DNA of 64,000 nucleotides from the NCBI GenBank assembly GCA_002633005.1, contig NMRA01000658.1:1-64000 (forward strand). Reading direction: 5' to 3'. A program made the translations under genes and the position numbers. The notes under the pieces are model-generated. The model was not told the DNA's origin. It did not search any database and saw only the letters and a program-made list of their open reading frames with translations. Of the stretch, positions 1 to 12,928 are shown in pieces (positions within the stretch are counted from its first letter, which is position 1; each line of letters opens with the position of its first letter). Origin of the DNA: Phoronis australis. Its lineage: Eukaryota > Animalia > Phoronida.

Positions 1-56
1 CTTACAGCCGAACAAAATGTTGGGCCCTCCCTTGTGATATCCTAGATCCGCCACTG
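1..56 (-). repeat. End of a dispersed CAGTGGCGGATCTAGG repeat family (copy cut by the window edge)
   Basis: Reverse complement CAGTGGCGGATCTAGGATATCACAAGGGAGGGCCCAACATTTTGTTCGGCTGTAAG matches the starts of the copies at 11051 and 23519. Confidence 0.85.
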
Positions 57-562
57 TTGTAACACAGAATATACGTGTAACATCGTCGGTGTACGACGTA
101 TAAAAACCAATTGAATGGTATAAGTGTTATATTATCAAAGTAAAACAAAAGCAAAACAAATGCCACGCATGCGCGGCACAATTTCAGCAAAAAATACCTA
201 CCTTCCGTGAACCTTTTCAGTCAAAAAATCAAATTAATAAAAATTTTCCATTAATGACGCCTCTTTACATGACTATGTGCCTTTAAATTCAGCAATGACG
301 TCAGAAACAAGTAGTAAAACTAATACAACGTTGATTTGAAGCCAGACAGACATACAGTGTGGCGACTTGCTCATAGCGCTACACTTCTTGTTTTGAGGTG
401 AAACTCCTTTTTTCAATACGACGAGTTGTCGTTTGTAATTACATGTATACTTGATAAGTCATGGACTAAATGGAGTTCATTGATTAAATCAACAAAAACA
501 ATCATCGCCGCTTGTAATTAATTTAGACGAATTAATGTGTAAGTTCGGATTTTCTTACGTTC

Positions 563-638
563 CGCTGCTTGGGTCATTACTCGCTGCTTGGGTCATTACT
601 CGCTGCTTGGGTCATTACTCGCTGCTTGGGTCATTACT
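563..638. repeat. Tandem repeat, 4 x 19 bp (CGCTGCTTGGGTCATTACT)
   Basis: Four identical adjacent copies read directly. Confidence 0.95.
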
Positions 639-1082
639 ATGTTTTTTTATAAATATCCATCAAAAAGATTCAGAACACTTTTCAGAGTGACTGAAGTAAG
701 CCAAATTTTCCAAAATTGCCTTGAAAGAGGTAAAGTTGCCTTTTACAGAGAACTCAACAAGAAATCTTATACACCAATTTATTATTTCATGTGGACGTTT
801 TTCGGCGGCAGATGGTTAATCCAAGTTAATCGCACAGTGTTGCCTTTTACAAGCATGCTTGTGAGCCGCTGACACATTTGCGTAGACAAAACCTTATGAC
901 AATGACAGTCACTTTGATGCCCATTATTCAGTGGAAAAAATGGTTCTCAAAATACTGGACCCCTCTATTTGGTTATTGTCACCTCACTATATATACGATT
1001 TTTGTGCAGACAGGTATGGGGATAGTCAAACACGGTATTTGCTTGTGAATGAGATATTCCCTTGCTACATTGTGTGCAAATG

Positions 1083-2034
1083 ATGAAGTAGTGGTAGAAT
1101 CAGTGTAGTTATGAAGTAGTGGTAGAATCAGTGTAGTTATGAAGTAGTGGTAGAATCAGTGTAGTTATGAGGTAGTGGTAGAATCAGTGTAGTTATGAAG
1201 TAGTGGTAGAATCAGTGTAGTTATGAAGTAGTGGTAGAATCAGTGTAGTTATGAAGTAGTGGTAGAATCAGTGTAGTTATGAAGTAGTGGTAGAATCAGT
1301 GTAGTTATGAAGTAGTGGTAGAATCAGTGTAGTTATGAAGTAGTGGTAGAATCAGTGTAGTTATGAAGTAGTGGTAGAATCAGTGTAGTTATGAAGTAGT
1401 GGTAGAATCAGTGTAGTTATGAAGTAGTGGTAGAATCAGTGTAGTTATGAAGTAGTGGTAGAATCAGTGTAGTTATGAAGTAGTGGTAGAATCAGTGTAG
1501 TTATGAAGTAGTGGTAGAATCAGTGTAGTTATGAAGTAGTGGTAGAATCAGTGTAGTTATGAAGTAGTGGTAGAATCAGTGTAGTTATGAAGTAGTGGTA
1601 GAATCAGTGTAGTTATGAAGTAGTGGTAGAATCAGTGTAGTTATGAAGTAGTGGTAGAATCAGTGTAGTTATGAAGTAGTGGTAGAATCAGTGTAGTTAT
1701 GAAGTAGTGGTAGAATCAGTGTAGTTATGAAGTAGTGGTAGAATCAGTGTAGTTATGAAGTAGTGGTAGAATCAGTGTAGTTATGAAGTAGTGGTAGAAT
1801 CAGTGTAGTTATGAAGTAGTGGTAGAATCAGTGTAGTTATGAAGTAGTGGTAGAATCAGTGTAGTTATGAAGTAGTGGTAGAATCAGTGTAGTTATGAAG
1901 TAGTGGTAGAATCAGTGTAGTTATGAAGTAGTGGTAGAATCAGTGTAGTTATGAAGTAGTGGTAGAATCAGTGTAGTTATGAAGTAGTGGTAGAATCAGT
2001 GTAGTTATGAAGTAGTGGTAGAATCAGTGTAGTT
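1083..2034. repeat. Minisatellite, 34 x 28 bp (ATGAAGTAGTGGTAGAATCAGTGTAGTT)
   Basis: Head-to-tail copies without spacers, one visible variant (ATGAGG near 1171). The array ends at an N (2036), so the true copy number is uncertain. Confidence 0.97.
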
Positions 2035-2409
2035 ANGGCAGACGGGCGCCCCCACTCTCATGAAGTTGGGGAGCAACGCCGCTTCCCAAACTAAAAGGAA
2101 CGTACGAAGTCGGGAGGGAACAGGAGGGTAGGGTACCCACCGATAATCTCAAGCGCTAAAGTGAAATATTTATAGACACCGTCGTAAAGCGGAAGACGAC
2201 TGATTATACCTGGGAGGTAATTACCATGCTCAACCGATCTTGACTTATTGTCTAATGAACTGGAAATTCAAGTTACAAACGATACGTTCAACATGCGTCA
2301 TTTTCAAAACACAATTAAGGGGGGGGGCCAACTCCGATAAATTTCGAAGCATTTTCTTGACTCGATGATGGCTTTGGTGTTCTTGTATGGGACGAAAATA
2401 GAATCTTAA

Positions 2410-3826
2410 GGATATTTCCAACCTTATTCACAAAAATTGGCCATTTTTACAAAATTTCACTTGTGTCTAGCAAAATGCCTTATCTTCATTCTCGGGGAAC
2501 TTCAAATACGAAATATATACTGCGTAGCGAGAAAAAAAAAGATTTATCAGAACCACCTTGGAACCGCACAACCGCGTGGATATTTGTTTAGCACTTATCC
2601 AAGGTCAAAGGTTAAAGGGCTTTCAAGTAAATCGAGTCTCCCGCCAGGTACAGAACAGCTTCGGTATACCCTCAGTCCTTTCATTCACAAATTCGCCATA
2701 ACATTGAACCAACGAGGTGTGGTTATGATAGAATGGTCCCGGGGAAAACGAATACAAAACGTAGTTTTTATCCTAAGGGAGTTGTGGGTCTACATGCATA
2801 CGACCGTTGACGTTGAAAACAAATGCTACGAGTTGCCTCAGGCCTCAGTCTGGTCATGAACACAGAAAGTTGTGAAAAGAGATAAATCCTCCCCCTTATT
2901 CCTTAATTCAATTATTAAGTTAACATTTCGATGTTTCGATTTCATGTTAACGACTTACTTTAACCACCAATTCAATTTTTGTTATCCATTTCTTACTTGG
3001 TTTGGTATCAGTCTCCCAGCACGTGACGTGTACAGGCTATGAACTGTGACCTACTTATCTAAGTAGGTCGTACAAAACGGCAAAAGTTGGCTGCGAAAGA
3101 TAGGTCTATTTGAGGTTTTAATGATATTTAAGTTAGTTACGCACTTAGTTGACATTGCAAGAAAACATTGAAATAGGTGACATAGTTAACGATTCTATGG
3201 GTTATGTATACCGAAAACAAGTTTTCACAGAATAATTAACCAAAGACTTAGAGATTTTCACGTGTCCCAGTTTAATCGGATTTTTCTCGGCTTCGGCAAA
3301 TCGACTTTATTTGAACTTAGGAACACGAGTTCTCGAAAATGGCTCGATGGATTTCGCTGAAACTTTCCAAACTTAATATTTAGTCACCAGTCTCAAAAAC
3401 CTTATTAGGATTTTTGATATAAAAGCTTAGTTTTTGTGTAATGTGACAAAGACGAATATGACTTCAATTTTTTACAAAAATACCTTACGTTTTGCGAGTT
3501 GATTTGTCAAAGAAACCAAACAAACGAACTAATCGAAAATTCCTAACAGCGTTTTTGAGGTAATTGATGAGGTTTTCATTTAAAAAAGGTTTCGGTAAAA
3601 TCGACAGAGGGGTTATTTTGCTATGAATGTACCTTTCTTAAAAATGAAATTTTTACTTAAAAAAGCTTTTTACGTAAAAATAATAATGACAAATAAATAC
3701 AAAAAGTATATTTATATTTCCTGGTCTTTGTTCTTTCAGAAAATATTTACTTTTACTAGTTGACAAAGCTTAGTTTTTTTATATAAGTGTTAGAATATAG
3801 GCCACTAAATAAGGTTGGACATAACC
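2410..3826. mobile_element. Non-autonomous Kolobok-type DNA transposon
   Basis: Left TIR GGATATTTCCAACCTTATT vs reverse complement of the right end GGTTATGTCCAACCTTATT (17/19); TTAA on both sides (2406-2409, 3827-3830); purine-purine termini. Confidence 0.75.
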
Positions 3827-4354
3827 TTAACACGGTAAGCAACATTATGAGACCGGTTTTATGAGAGAAAAGACAGAACGCGACTTTTGTTTTTCGGTCA
3901 GCTTAACAGGACGAAATGTAGCTTTAATTTTTCAATCGCTGCTTTGTTTTTTGTATGTAATGCTTTTTGAAGCGCAGATAGTGTTTATTTGATTGCAAAC
4001 AGTTACCAATAGACTATGTGTTATAAATAAAAGATTGCATCAATATTTTAACACGCGTTACTTTTACAAAATAAAATTAATTCATTTTATGGCAAAGAAA
4101 CAGGTAATTCCTATGAAAATTGACCATTTTCGTCTTGAAAGTTTCCTCGTGTACACCACAGGTGAGCTAATCCATTTTGAAAAGTGTTGATGAATGATGA
4201 AATCTTCCGTAAGGTCTGTGCAGTTTAGAGAGTATCACTAGCGACCCCTATTGTAGGAAACAATCCAATCGTAGCTGCTCCTCCAGTCGTCTAAGCAACT
4301 ACAATGTCACTCTCATCACCGATCTCGTGTAAGAAACAAAATTGACAATACTTG

Positions 4355-4432
4355 TCAAGAAGAACAGCAAATCCTGCTATCGCTCAATTTCATGTGCCTG
4401 TTGCAGTAGTAGTTAAGCAGTATCTGTATGTT
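4355..4432 (-). CDS. CASD1-like: CASD1-like SGNH O-acetyltransferase/esterase, last coding exon (8)
   Basis: Acceptor ttttcctttcag, then NIQILLNYYCNRHMKLSDSRICCSS-stop(TGA), resembling the ILMNVYCN...SCC end of the CASD1 luminal domain; phase 0 with exon 7. Confidence 0.88.
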   Translation of the reverse strand, partial: NIQILLNYYCNRHMKLSDSRICCSS

Positions 4433-5680
4433 CTGAAAGGAAAATATGTATAAACGCGTCTTATCACATGTACTTTTAGAGCAGTGGGGCACTACGAGAG
4501 TGCCAAATTAGCGCCTAATGGCCTGGTTAGTTAATGTCTAAAAATTTGTTTTGTGTTTTGAAAGGTTCTACTTTCAATATAAGAGGTTTTCATTAATGTT
4601 TGTTTAATTATTTTAATAGACAAGTAGAGGTAATCGAGTATTTGGGTCATCAAAAACATCTTTGTAATTATTTTTTTCGAAAAAGTGCTCCAGAAACTCT
4701 TAATCGAGTTTTTGTGACTATGATTTGGATTATGTAAGCTAAACCAAGTTTTAAAGATCATTCGTTTTTGTTTTTAGCAACTTTAGTCTAAACAGCAGAG
4801 ACAGCAATTCCCTTAACTTTAATGGTCTATGAATAACACTCATAAAAATCCTAGATTTTCCTTCAGGCAATGATGTCATGATGATTAATTAATGCGCAAA
4901 ACGCCGAAACAGATATGCTGATAGCAAGAACGGAAATAAACGCATGACATTGCTGCGACTACTGGGCATGCGTGAAGAGCACGAAGAGGCCAAATCTCCC
5001 TGTTCGTCTCAAAAATTCTACCCCGCGGTCAACTTTTATTTCAACTTTACGCTTAGATCCCCGTTCACCGCTAAAGGGTCACCGTTTCACCCCAAGTCGC
5101 CTTCTGCCAGTATCTGTGACAAAGAATTTGCCATTAACAAACTACCGCTTCTCTTCTCAACACCCTTGAGCTGCGATTAGATAAGAAAGTAAAAATATTC
5201 TCTTTTAACATTGAAAGGTTGACTTAGCTTTAAAGTGCATAGACTGTTTCGTCATAGCTGGTCATGGGAAACAGGTCTACATAGAAATGCAACAGCTAAT
5301 TCAGACATTTTTGAAAAAACTGATTTTAACGTCTACCTTACTTATGAACTTAGAAGGAACTGGCAATTACACTAGTCCATGACCAGACGCTAGACAGCCT
5401 AGTGTGTCAAGAAATGCATCTAATCCAAAAAATGATGACTAAATCTTCGTTACCAGAACGCCTTCCTGTTTCTGTCATTTAAATGTTGTTAATTTTGCCG
5501 GTGCTGGTGTTACTTTTGCCAGTACCCTCGACGCCGCCTCTGTCGTACGATTGAGCGCTTTCACATTGACTTGAAGTAGAGTAAAAAGTGTTGCAGTGTC
5601 ACAAGCAACTGCCTTTAAAGATCCCCATTGTCAAGAACATAAAATCACCAAAAAATCTCCGTGGATCCTTACATTCTTAC

Positions 5681-5804
5681 CAGGCTTTGTGTGTCCCCAG
5701 GAAATTCAAAATGCAGGCCATCTGTTGAGCTGTTAGGAAACACTCTGTAGTGATCGGATACGTACACGGAACTCCACCACTTAATCACCTGCGGATGATT
5801 TTCT
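5681..5804 (-). CDS. CASD1-like: CASD1-like exon 7 (catalytic DGLH motif)
   Basis: tgttttag|...|gtaag; (L)ENHPQVIKWWSSVYVSDHYRVFPNSSTDGLHFEFPGDTQSL; phase 2 in, phase 0 out. Confidence 0.88.
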
Positions 5805-7410
5805 CTAAAACAGTCCAACGACTTAATTTAGTAAAGTTTAGAGCATTCTGAGCTTTATTCTTTTCAATAGACTGAGAATCAGTAATCAATTTGATGTCAT
5901 ATACATGTAATTAGGTAAAAAAAACCCTCTTTAGGTGCAAGTTTTGTTAAATACACAACTTGTTTTTGATTTTTCCAGAGTTCTGTGAAGTTGAAAAAAT
6001 CGAAAAACAGTCGAGCATATACTACATTTTCATACACGAGTGTATACACACAAACACAAACACATGTATACATGAGTGCATACATGCACGCATGCACGCA
6101 TGCATGTGTGTACGTAAGCGCAGCTGTTGCATTGTGTGGCTATAACAATGTGTGTCATTCAAAACTCATAGGTACCCTGAGGAAGCTATGACCGGCAGAG
6201 GGTACATCGGAGAGGGTACACCTATATAAATAAAGTTCTACTCGCCGGAGTGGGTATATCAATATAAATTTTGTAACTACTAGCCCACATAAATATCGAC
6301 GAACCTGCCATAGTGGGAACAGCTATAGAAATATAGGTTTACTAACTGCGACGAGCACACCCACTGACGGGTACATTGCGGTACCCGTCAGTGGGCACAC
6401 CTAGTATAGTGTGTATTTGTCGGTACGGGTGCTTCCACATAATGATGGACTCGGCGGACAGGGAACTCCTCTGTTGGTGTAGGTTGTTATTGATGAAAGT
6501 GCTATTGAACAAAACACTGGTCCCTACCCAGTCTAGCTTCCTCAGAGTTCTCTTATCAGTTCAGATATAATACACGCCAACCTTATGGACGACTCTACGG
6601 AAGTTAGGATCTGGGGATGCCAGTAGCGTTTTCTTCAATAGTAAGAAGAAAATTTCCTGCCAGCATACACAGCTGTTTTGTTATGTATATATCAAAAGAA
6701 CCAGTGTCTGCATGACCTGAAGTCTGCTTCATAAAAGTAACTCAATAATTAAGGCAGAAATTTGATCTTATGCTTCCACTTGACAAATGTTTAGTAAAGG
6801 CTAGCTACGTAAGAGTACGTCACAGTCGTCTATAAATAATGTGTAGAAATTAGTTCATTTAGGAACCAGTGAGGAAAGGGCAATTTAGTTGATTACTTTC
6901 CCTCACCTGAGCGCCGAACGGACATTGTCTTTTCATCAACAGGATTTTTGTCTAATAAACTGACTTTTTGTGCGTGTTCTTAAAACGTAGATTATTCTCT
7001 TTCATTCAATTAAAGAGTTCCCACCACGTATTTTGAGATTTAAGTTAACTAATATGAAATGAATATAATAAAATCCATCTAAATAAGCAATTTTTATGCC
7101 AAATAGTGGCGAAATTTTTAATTTTGAAGAAAACTTGGTTATTTCCAAATTTCCCGCCAAATGATGTAATGTGGTCACTTGATTATCAATTGCAATGCCC
7201 GAACACAGTAGATCAGATTACGTGGACAGTTTTAAGTACGAACTGGACAGCTATTATGGAAACAGAAATGAGAGTGGATAGGAGCATCCCACTTAAGTAC
7301 TATAGGAATCAGTCAATGAATTCTATTTCCCACTAAGAGAACTTCCGTCGGCTTTGAGGCAGTACGAACTCGACCCACTATTTTCTCAATATTAAACATA
7401 AAACTTTTAA

Positions 7411-9228
7411 AGGAGAATGCCACCCGATTTAATTAGCCTTTTTTGCCGTCTTAATCGGACTATATCCACATCGCCTCGCATACGGTCGAGCTTACCTTGC
7501 CAAGAGGTGTCGCGTTAACCTGTGAGGAAGGTGAGAAACGACGCTAGCGACGTCAGTGGTTCATATGCAGAGTGAATGCCGCTCTGTTGCGGTGCATCGT
7601 TCCCGCTTGTCCGAACTAAGCAGCTGCGAGGAAAGCGGGTATATCGCTTTTTTACTTCCTCGAGAGTCCGAAATGCTTAGGAAGTGGCTCGTGGTAGCGA
7701 AGAATGAAATGTACGCTGTAAATAGCAAGTATGAGGCCGTGAAAAATCTCGATATCTGTGGCCTGCAGACGTCGACAGTGCCTGACGAATGCCGGCTTAC
7801 CAAATAACCGTCCATACGCTCCGTTGTCTGAGCTTGTTCATGGCGCTTCTCTAGTATTTCTTCGTCACTGTATTCATGTTCAAATTAATATCCTGTAAAA
7901 CTTAACGATCCACCTGCGAAGTCGGGACTGATGAGCTCTAGCTCGTCTAAGTCGGGATTGTGAGTTGGCGTTTATTACTGAGAGTTCTGTTTCAAAATGA
8001 ATGATTCTCACCCTAACCAATACTTATATAAAACTGAAACAAAGCCTGTCTCATTAGATGCAATTCAAGTTGTAATGCCTTTGGAGTGTTCGTGAGTAAA
8101 TGATTTGAGAAGTCAGCAATGAATAAATCACTGCGTTACCGACTTTAGGTGCAATAAAACTAGTGACGCCGGGGACCGCATCGAGGACGTGTGAGCTCAT
8201 GCTAATTTAGTGTTTGCTGGCAGAAACTGTTGTGAAACAACTCGATTTCCATCCCACGGCCAGGTGTTAAGGGAATCTTTATTTACATTTACATTACTCA
8301 AATAATGATTGTCAATGTACAACTTCGGCCCTGACGGTGCTGTGGCCAACGCGGAACCGGCTGAATTCGCGGCCCGCCCGACGAGTAAGTAGTTTCGTTG
8401 CTAATTCACCAACATAATCACNCCACTGAACTTTGGCTGGTTTATGTTCGTGATGTCTGATCAGTTTCCGAGCCACTGGCCGAGATCATGATAACGAGTC
8501 AATCTCTTATTTTTTTCCAAAATAAACAAGATACGAGACACAAATGATGCTGTTTTAAGAAGTCGGAAATCAAACGAACTACTTGTATGCAAAATTGCGT
8601 AGAACCGGAAGCCTGAGAAAGGAAAAACTAGCGCATGCCCAAACCACGCAAATCTGATCCTGGATGCATTATTGGACAAGATGCATTATTGGACACGACA
8701 CCGGCCGGCCGCGACGGGCCTGATGGGGCTCTGAGCCACTGGCCAGGATAACAAGCGTTTTGTGTTTCGAACTAAAAAAAATCACAAGTCTAAACAAAAC
8801 AGATCTAGGTTCTCCTGTCTGTATCTCACAGAAAATACTTCGAAATTATCTCCGAACAGACCACAAACTCCTGCTACGGACCTTATTGGCCTGCCGAACT
8901 TTGTAGGCTACGGTGTGTCCAAATACCGTAAGAGCGAAATAAAACAACACGTTTTATAAGAAGTCGGTGTGTATTTCTAAAGGTTTTACATCGGAGTTTG
9001 ATGATTCATTGGTGTTAAACAATGACTTCAAGCGATAAGCTGACACCAGTAACCAGTGTTGTGAACTGCTGAACAGACTGCGTGTGAAACCGATGACGTC
9101 ATTGGATAATTTCAACATCTCCGTTTGCCGTCAGGTGTCAGGTAACGCAACCGTACATGTCGCTATGGAGTAGAACTACTCGATCTAAATTGATACAAAT
9201 TAGGTTGTTTTTTGGGTGGCATGCTCCT
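7411..9228. mobile_element. Kolobok-type DNA transposon derivative with a decayed KolX-like 5' fragment
   Basis: TIR AGGAGAATGCCACCC / AGGAGCATGCCACCC (14/15); TTAA at 7407-7410 and 9229-9232; minus strand ~7960-7800 reads ...GY*FEHEYSDEEILEKR... Confidence 0.75.
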
Positions 9229-11050
9229 TTAACAGTGAAACGCAGAGAAAACATTCAACAACAATTTACGAAACCCATGCCATATTTTTCATTTGCAGCT
9301 GTCATAGTTGCCCCCAAAAGCCTTTAAATTGATGACATAGTTTTGAAACTCTGCATTTACAAATAAGGCAGATCTATACTTCGTGTTCCTAGACATGTTA
9401 TTAGTAGTGTGATACCATTATTTGTACTTCCCATACGCGGGTATGGCAGTACAGAGAGAAGCAAGCGATCAGTTCAGGGGCCACACTGTGCTCAGCCCGA
9501 CTGATCAACGCTTTCCAGTGAAGACATCACGTGGCGGCAAACAAAAAAATAGGCAGTAATTTTTCTCCAAAATTTTAAATTCCTCAATTATTTTCTAAAA
9601 TTAATACTTATTTAGTAAGATTTTGTGTTGTAAACTTATTATGCACGTTCCAAAACTTCATAAAGAGAAAAAAATCCATAGTAGGAACACTTTGAACTGA
9701 TTGAGCTTGGTGTTGGCTAGCCGAAAATGAAGATCAGAGGAAAACAGCGAAAAGTACACAATCTGTATGTTTTATGCATTTTTTCAACCAACATAAAAAG
9801 AGGATTCAGGAAATATCAATATCAAGTGGTTATGTCTATGGTTTTAGAATCGGTTTGTAAACTATAACTACACCGCTAAGTACCACTACGTAACCATCAG
9901 TGACAGATATGGATATCGACTTGGCGTACAGTCTGACAGGCCACTTGGCTTGTTTCTAAACACTGGCGGCATACCATTTTCAGTGACTGAGGCAAAGCGA
10001 ACTTGGGTCAGTCAGGGGACCAGCGTCTTTTTGTAGAGTGGGCAGTCCTGAATTGGCAGAGCGGCATTCCCTTTCTAAAGTATTTATACCTATAACTCAA
10101 AACTCGTCAAACACGAGTCCTGCTTCTCCGCATACAAATGTACTAGTCGCTACATGGATCTCATTTTCTAATTGTAATACAAGCAGGCATGTATTGTTGC
10201 ATTCTGAGAAGGAATGCTGACACCAAGAAATTGGTTAAAAGGTAAATATCAGTGGTGGATGTATATTGTATTGGACCTCCCTTGAGAAGTAGGCCAGCTA
10301 TGCTGTGCATTTTGTAGCCCCTTAAAGGAGAGGAATTTTCAGTTAAGGATGCGCTTATTAAGTGAGAAGATGGTCTCAAGTGTCGCATACAAAACGATCA
10401 TACTATCTAATCTTCCAAGGACAAGCCATTTAATTTCCATAAATCGTGGTTACTAAAATCTGCCCAGGGCGCCTACGCACATACTCTATGTTAGGACTTG
10501 TCGAGTTTTATAATAACAGCCGTTAACAAATGAGGCACCTTAGTTTGTTTCGATTCCTGTCTTCATTTTTTCAGAAAATGAACGCCAAGCAAAACTTAGA
10601 ATAGAAAAGTTGTGAATCGTTTCAGAGCTAGCACTTCTAGAATCTCTTACTTAAAATGACTTGAAATTGAACAGTATCGTTTTGGATGGCGACATTCTCC
10701 TGGCTAGTGACCTCCTTCCAAAATAGCGGCGATATAACAGAACAAGCTTCACTACGACCATCTCTACATGGCGATAGAATATTAAGTGGACAAAAGTCAG
10801 CACCACCAACAGTTCACCAATGACTAGAATGGAGCTTGCACTGCACTGATGTAAACTGGACATGTGAGATCAAAATCTATTATCAGGAACGTTACTGAGC
10901 TTGAAAAGCGGAATGCAACTCGACACAGCAAAGTACTGATACCAACGTGTGTCAACGTTTTGAATATTGATTTGGTATAAGTGCATATATGCAAATCCTT
11001 TTTCTGAACGCACCAGTATAGATACATTAGTTCCAACTTTCTGCTCAAAG

Positions 11051-11781
11051 CAGTGGCGGATCTAGGATATCACAAGGGGGGCCCAAAATTTTGTCCGCCT
11101 GTAAGCATTTGCGCAAACCGCGAATGTAGATGCGCATAGCACTGAGTCGGGGGAGGTCCGGCCCAGGAAATTTTTCTGTTTTTTCTTCTAAAAATCAAAC
11201 ATTTTTCTTGGTTCCTGAAGTATTATCCAAGAAAAACAGGCAAAAAAAAAACACGGAGAACGTGTCAAACAGGAAAACCTTAAAGTACCAGAGACTCGAA
11301 CTCACGACCTGGCGGATAGATCACGCGCGCTTTACCACTACACCACCAATACTTAGCTACTAATAACATACAAAGAGACCTACTTGTTTATGGTCCACAG
11401 CGTTTGGGCGCGAAACCTACTTCTTTTTGTAATGCTTATTACACGTTTTATATTTTGTGCAATCGGTTCTTAACAAATTTGTTGTATTTGAAATAGTCTT
11501 CAAATGCCCAAAAGACCAAATCCGTTGTTCGTGTTGGCAATAATGACGGGATTGCTTTGCAAATCGTCTTAAGTTAAGGTTTGAGAATTACGACTTTCTG
11601 AGTGATTCACTAAGGCTTCGATTAAAATTCACATCTTACCAGCAGCTTCTATTTTTTCATCGTCACTCAGGTTCCATTTTCTTTAAAAAATGAAGTAAAT
11701 TTTCTTCATTGCACGGTGGAGCAGACAACGGAATCGGAGTCGTAGTGCGTAGCGCCACTGCCGGTCGCCTGGGGTATCGCG
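11051..11781 (+). repeat. Dispersed repeat, long copy of the CAGTGGCGG family with an internal tRNA-like segment
   Basis: 11051-11140 and ~11370-11781 are highly similar to 23519-24041. Confidence 0.85.
11288..11347 (-). repeat. tRNA-derived (SINE-head-like) sequence
   Basis: Minus strand GGTGGTGTAGTGGTAAAGCGCGCG...CAGGTCGTGAGTTCGAGTCTCTGG has Pol III A-box and B-box motifs, but no clean cloverleaf. Confidence 0.6.
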
Positions 11782-11909
11782 GGAGAGCCTATACTTAGCC
11801 ATAGTTCCGTTACGAATACGCCGTGTTCCGAATTTAACANNNNNNNNNNNNNNNNNNNNNNNNNNNNNNNNNNNNNNNNNNNNNNNNNNNNNNNNNNNNN
11901 NNNNNNNNN

Positions 11910-11963
<54 letters not shown>
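11910..11963. repeat. (TA)n microsatellite abutting an assembly gap (N 11840-11909)
   Basis: Direct reading. Confidence 0.95.
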
Positions 11964-11966
<3 letters not shown>

Positions 11967-12768
11967 GTGTGTGTATGTATCCGCCCGGAAGGGTGAACCA
12001 ACATGAATATAGCTGTTCCCACTGTTTTTACGAGCGTATTATGTCTGCTGAGCGTGCATGTGCTATGAATCTACAACGCTTGACTTGGATCCCTTTGCGC
12101 TTTAAAGCATATCTCAACTTGTTTCTTAGTCAGAAGATAAGTGGGTTCTCATAACAAGCCAACTCGTTGAGCTTCGTCTTAAGTAATAATGAAGTCATTT
12201 TGATAACGCTATTTGTAAGTGATTTAAAATATTTTTTGCTGGACAGCAGTTTTAGCAAATATTTCTTTACAAATGAAAACTATTATAATAAGTCACCAAA
12301 TGATATGTTATTTCTAAATATTGAAAGCCCTCAGTTGGCTTAAAACATCTCTGATGAGTTGAGTGTGTTTCCCAATTTTTGTTGCTTTATTAATTGTAAA
12401 TTACCGCTGCTTCAAACCAACTTTAAAAGGCTAGATAAAAGTGAATATCGCTTTGCCGCCGTAAAACACAATTTGGGGTTATTAGCTTCCACCACAGCTT
12501 TGAAACAACAAAATTCGTGTTTTGTGAATTTATTATCAATCACAAATTTTCGTCGTTGCCACACATTCGCTAAAATCAAAGCTGGTCTCTTTACTATTCA
12601 AATACATTTGAAGTTCTGTGCAAATTACCGCGTGGGATTTAGGTCAGCGGAAGAGCGTTCAGCTGTTACTGCAGAGGTAGTGAATTCGAATCCGCGCTAT
12701 TGGTCAATACTTTTTCTTATCGAGAATGTCCTTTGAACTCGTGAAGCAATGTTCCTAAATTAACTTAC

Positions 12769-12928
12769 AGAAGCTCACTGGTTAACCTATTCCAGGCGTA
12801 GTAAATGGACAGGCGTCGTGGTTTTCCGGGCCTGCTCGTTACCGGATCCTGAAACTTCCATAGCACCTTTGTATGGCCATCTTTAACTATCTCTCGTAGT
12901 GGACCAGTTAGCTCAGTATCAAATGCGA
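12769..12928 (-). CDS. CASD1-like: CASD1-like exon 6
   Basis: cttatttttag|...|gtaagt; (V)AFDTELTGPLREIVKDGHTKVLWKFQDPVTSRPGKPRRLSIYYAWNRLTSEL(L), resembling CASD1 VYWVLQDPV...AYN; phase 1 in, phase 2 out. Confidence 0.9.

Noticed and set aside
1083-2034. 28-bp repeat as a CRISPR array
   Set aside because: No unique spacers, no cas genes, eukaryotic context; a plain tandem repeat.
2203-2236. U1 snRNA-like start (ATACCTGGGAGGTAATTACCATG)
   Set aside because: Lacks the exact ATACTTACCTGG 5' end; the similarity does not continue and no Sm site follows.
12640-12700. tRNA gene
   Set aside because: Only degenerate A/B-box-like motifs without a consistent cloverleaf; at most a SINE relic.
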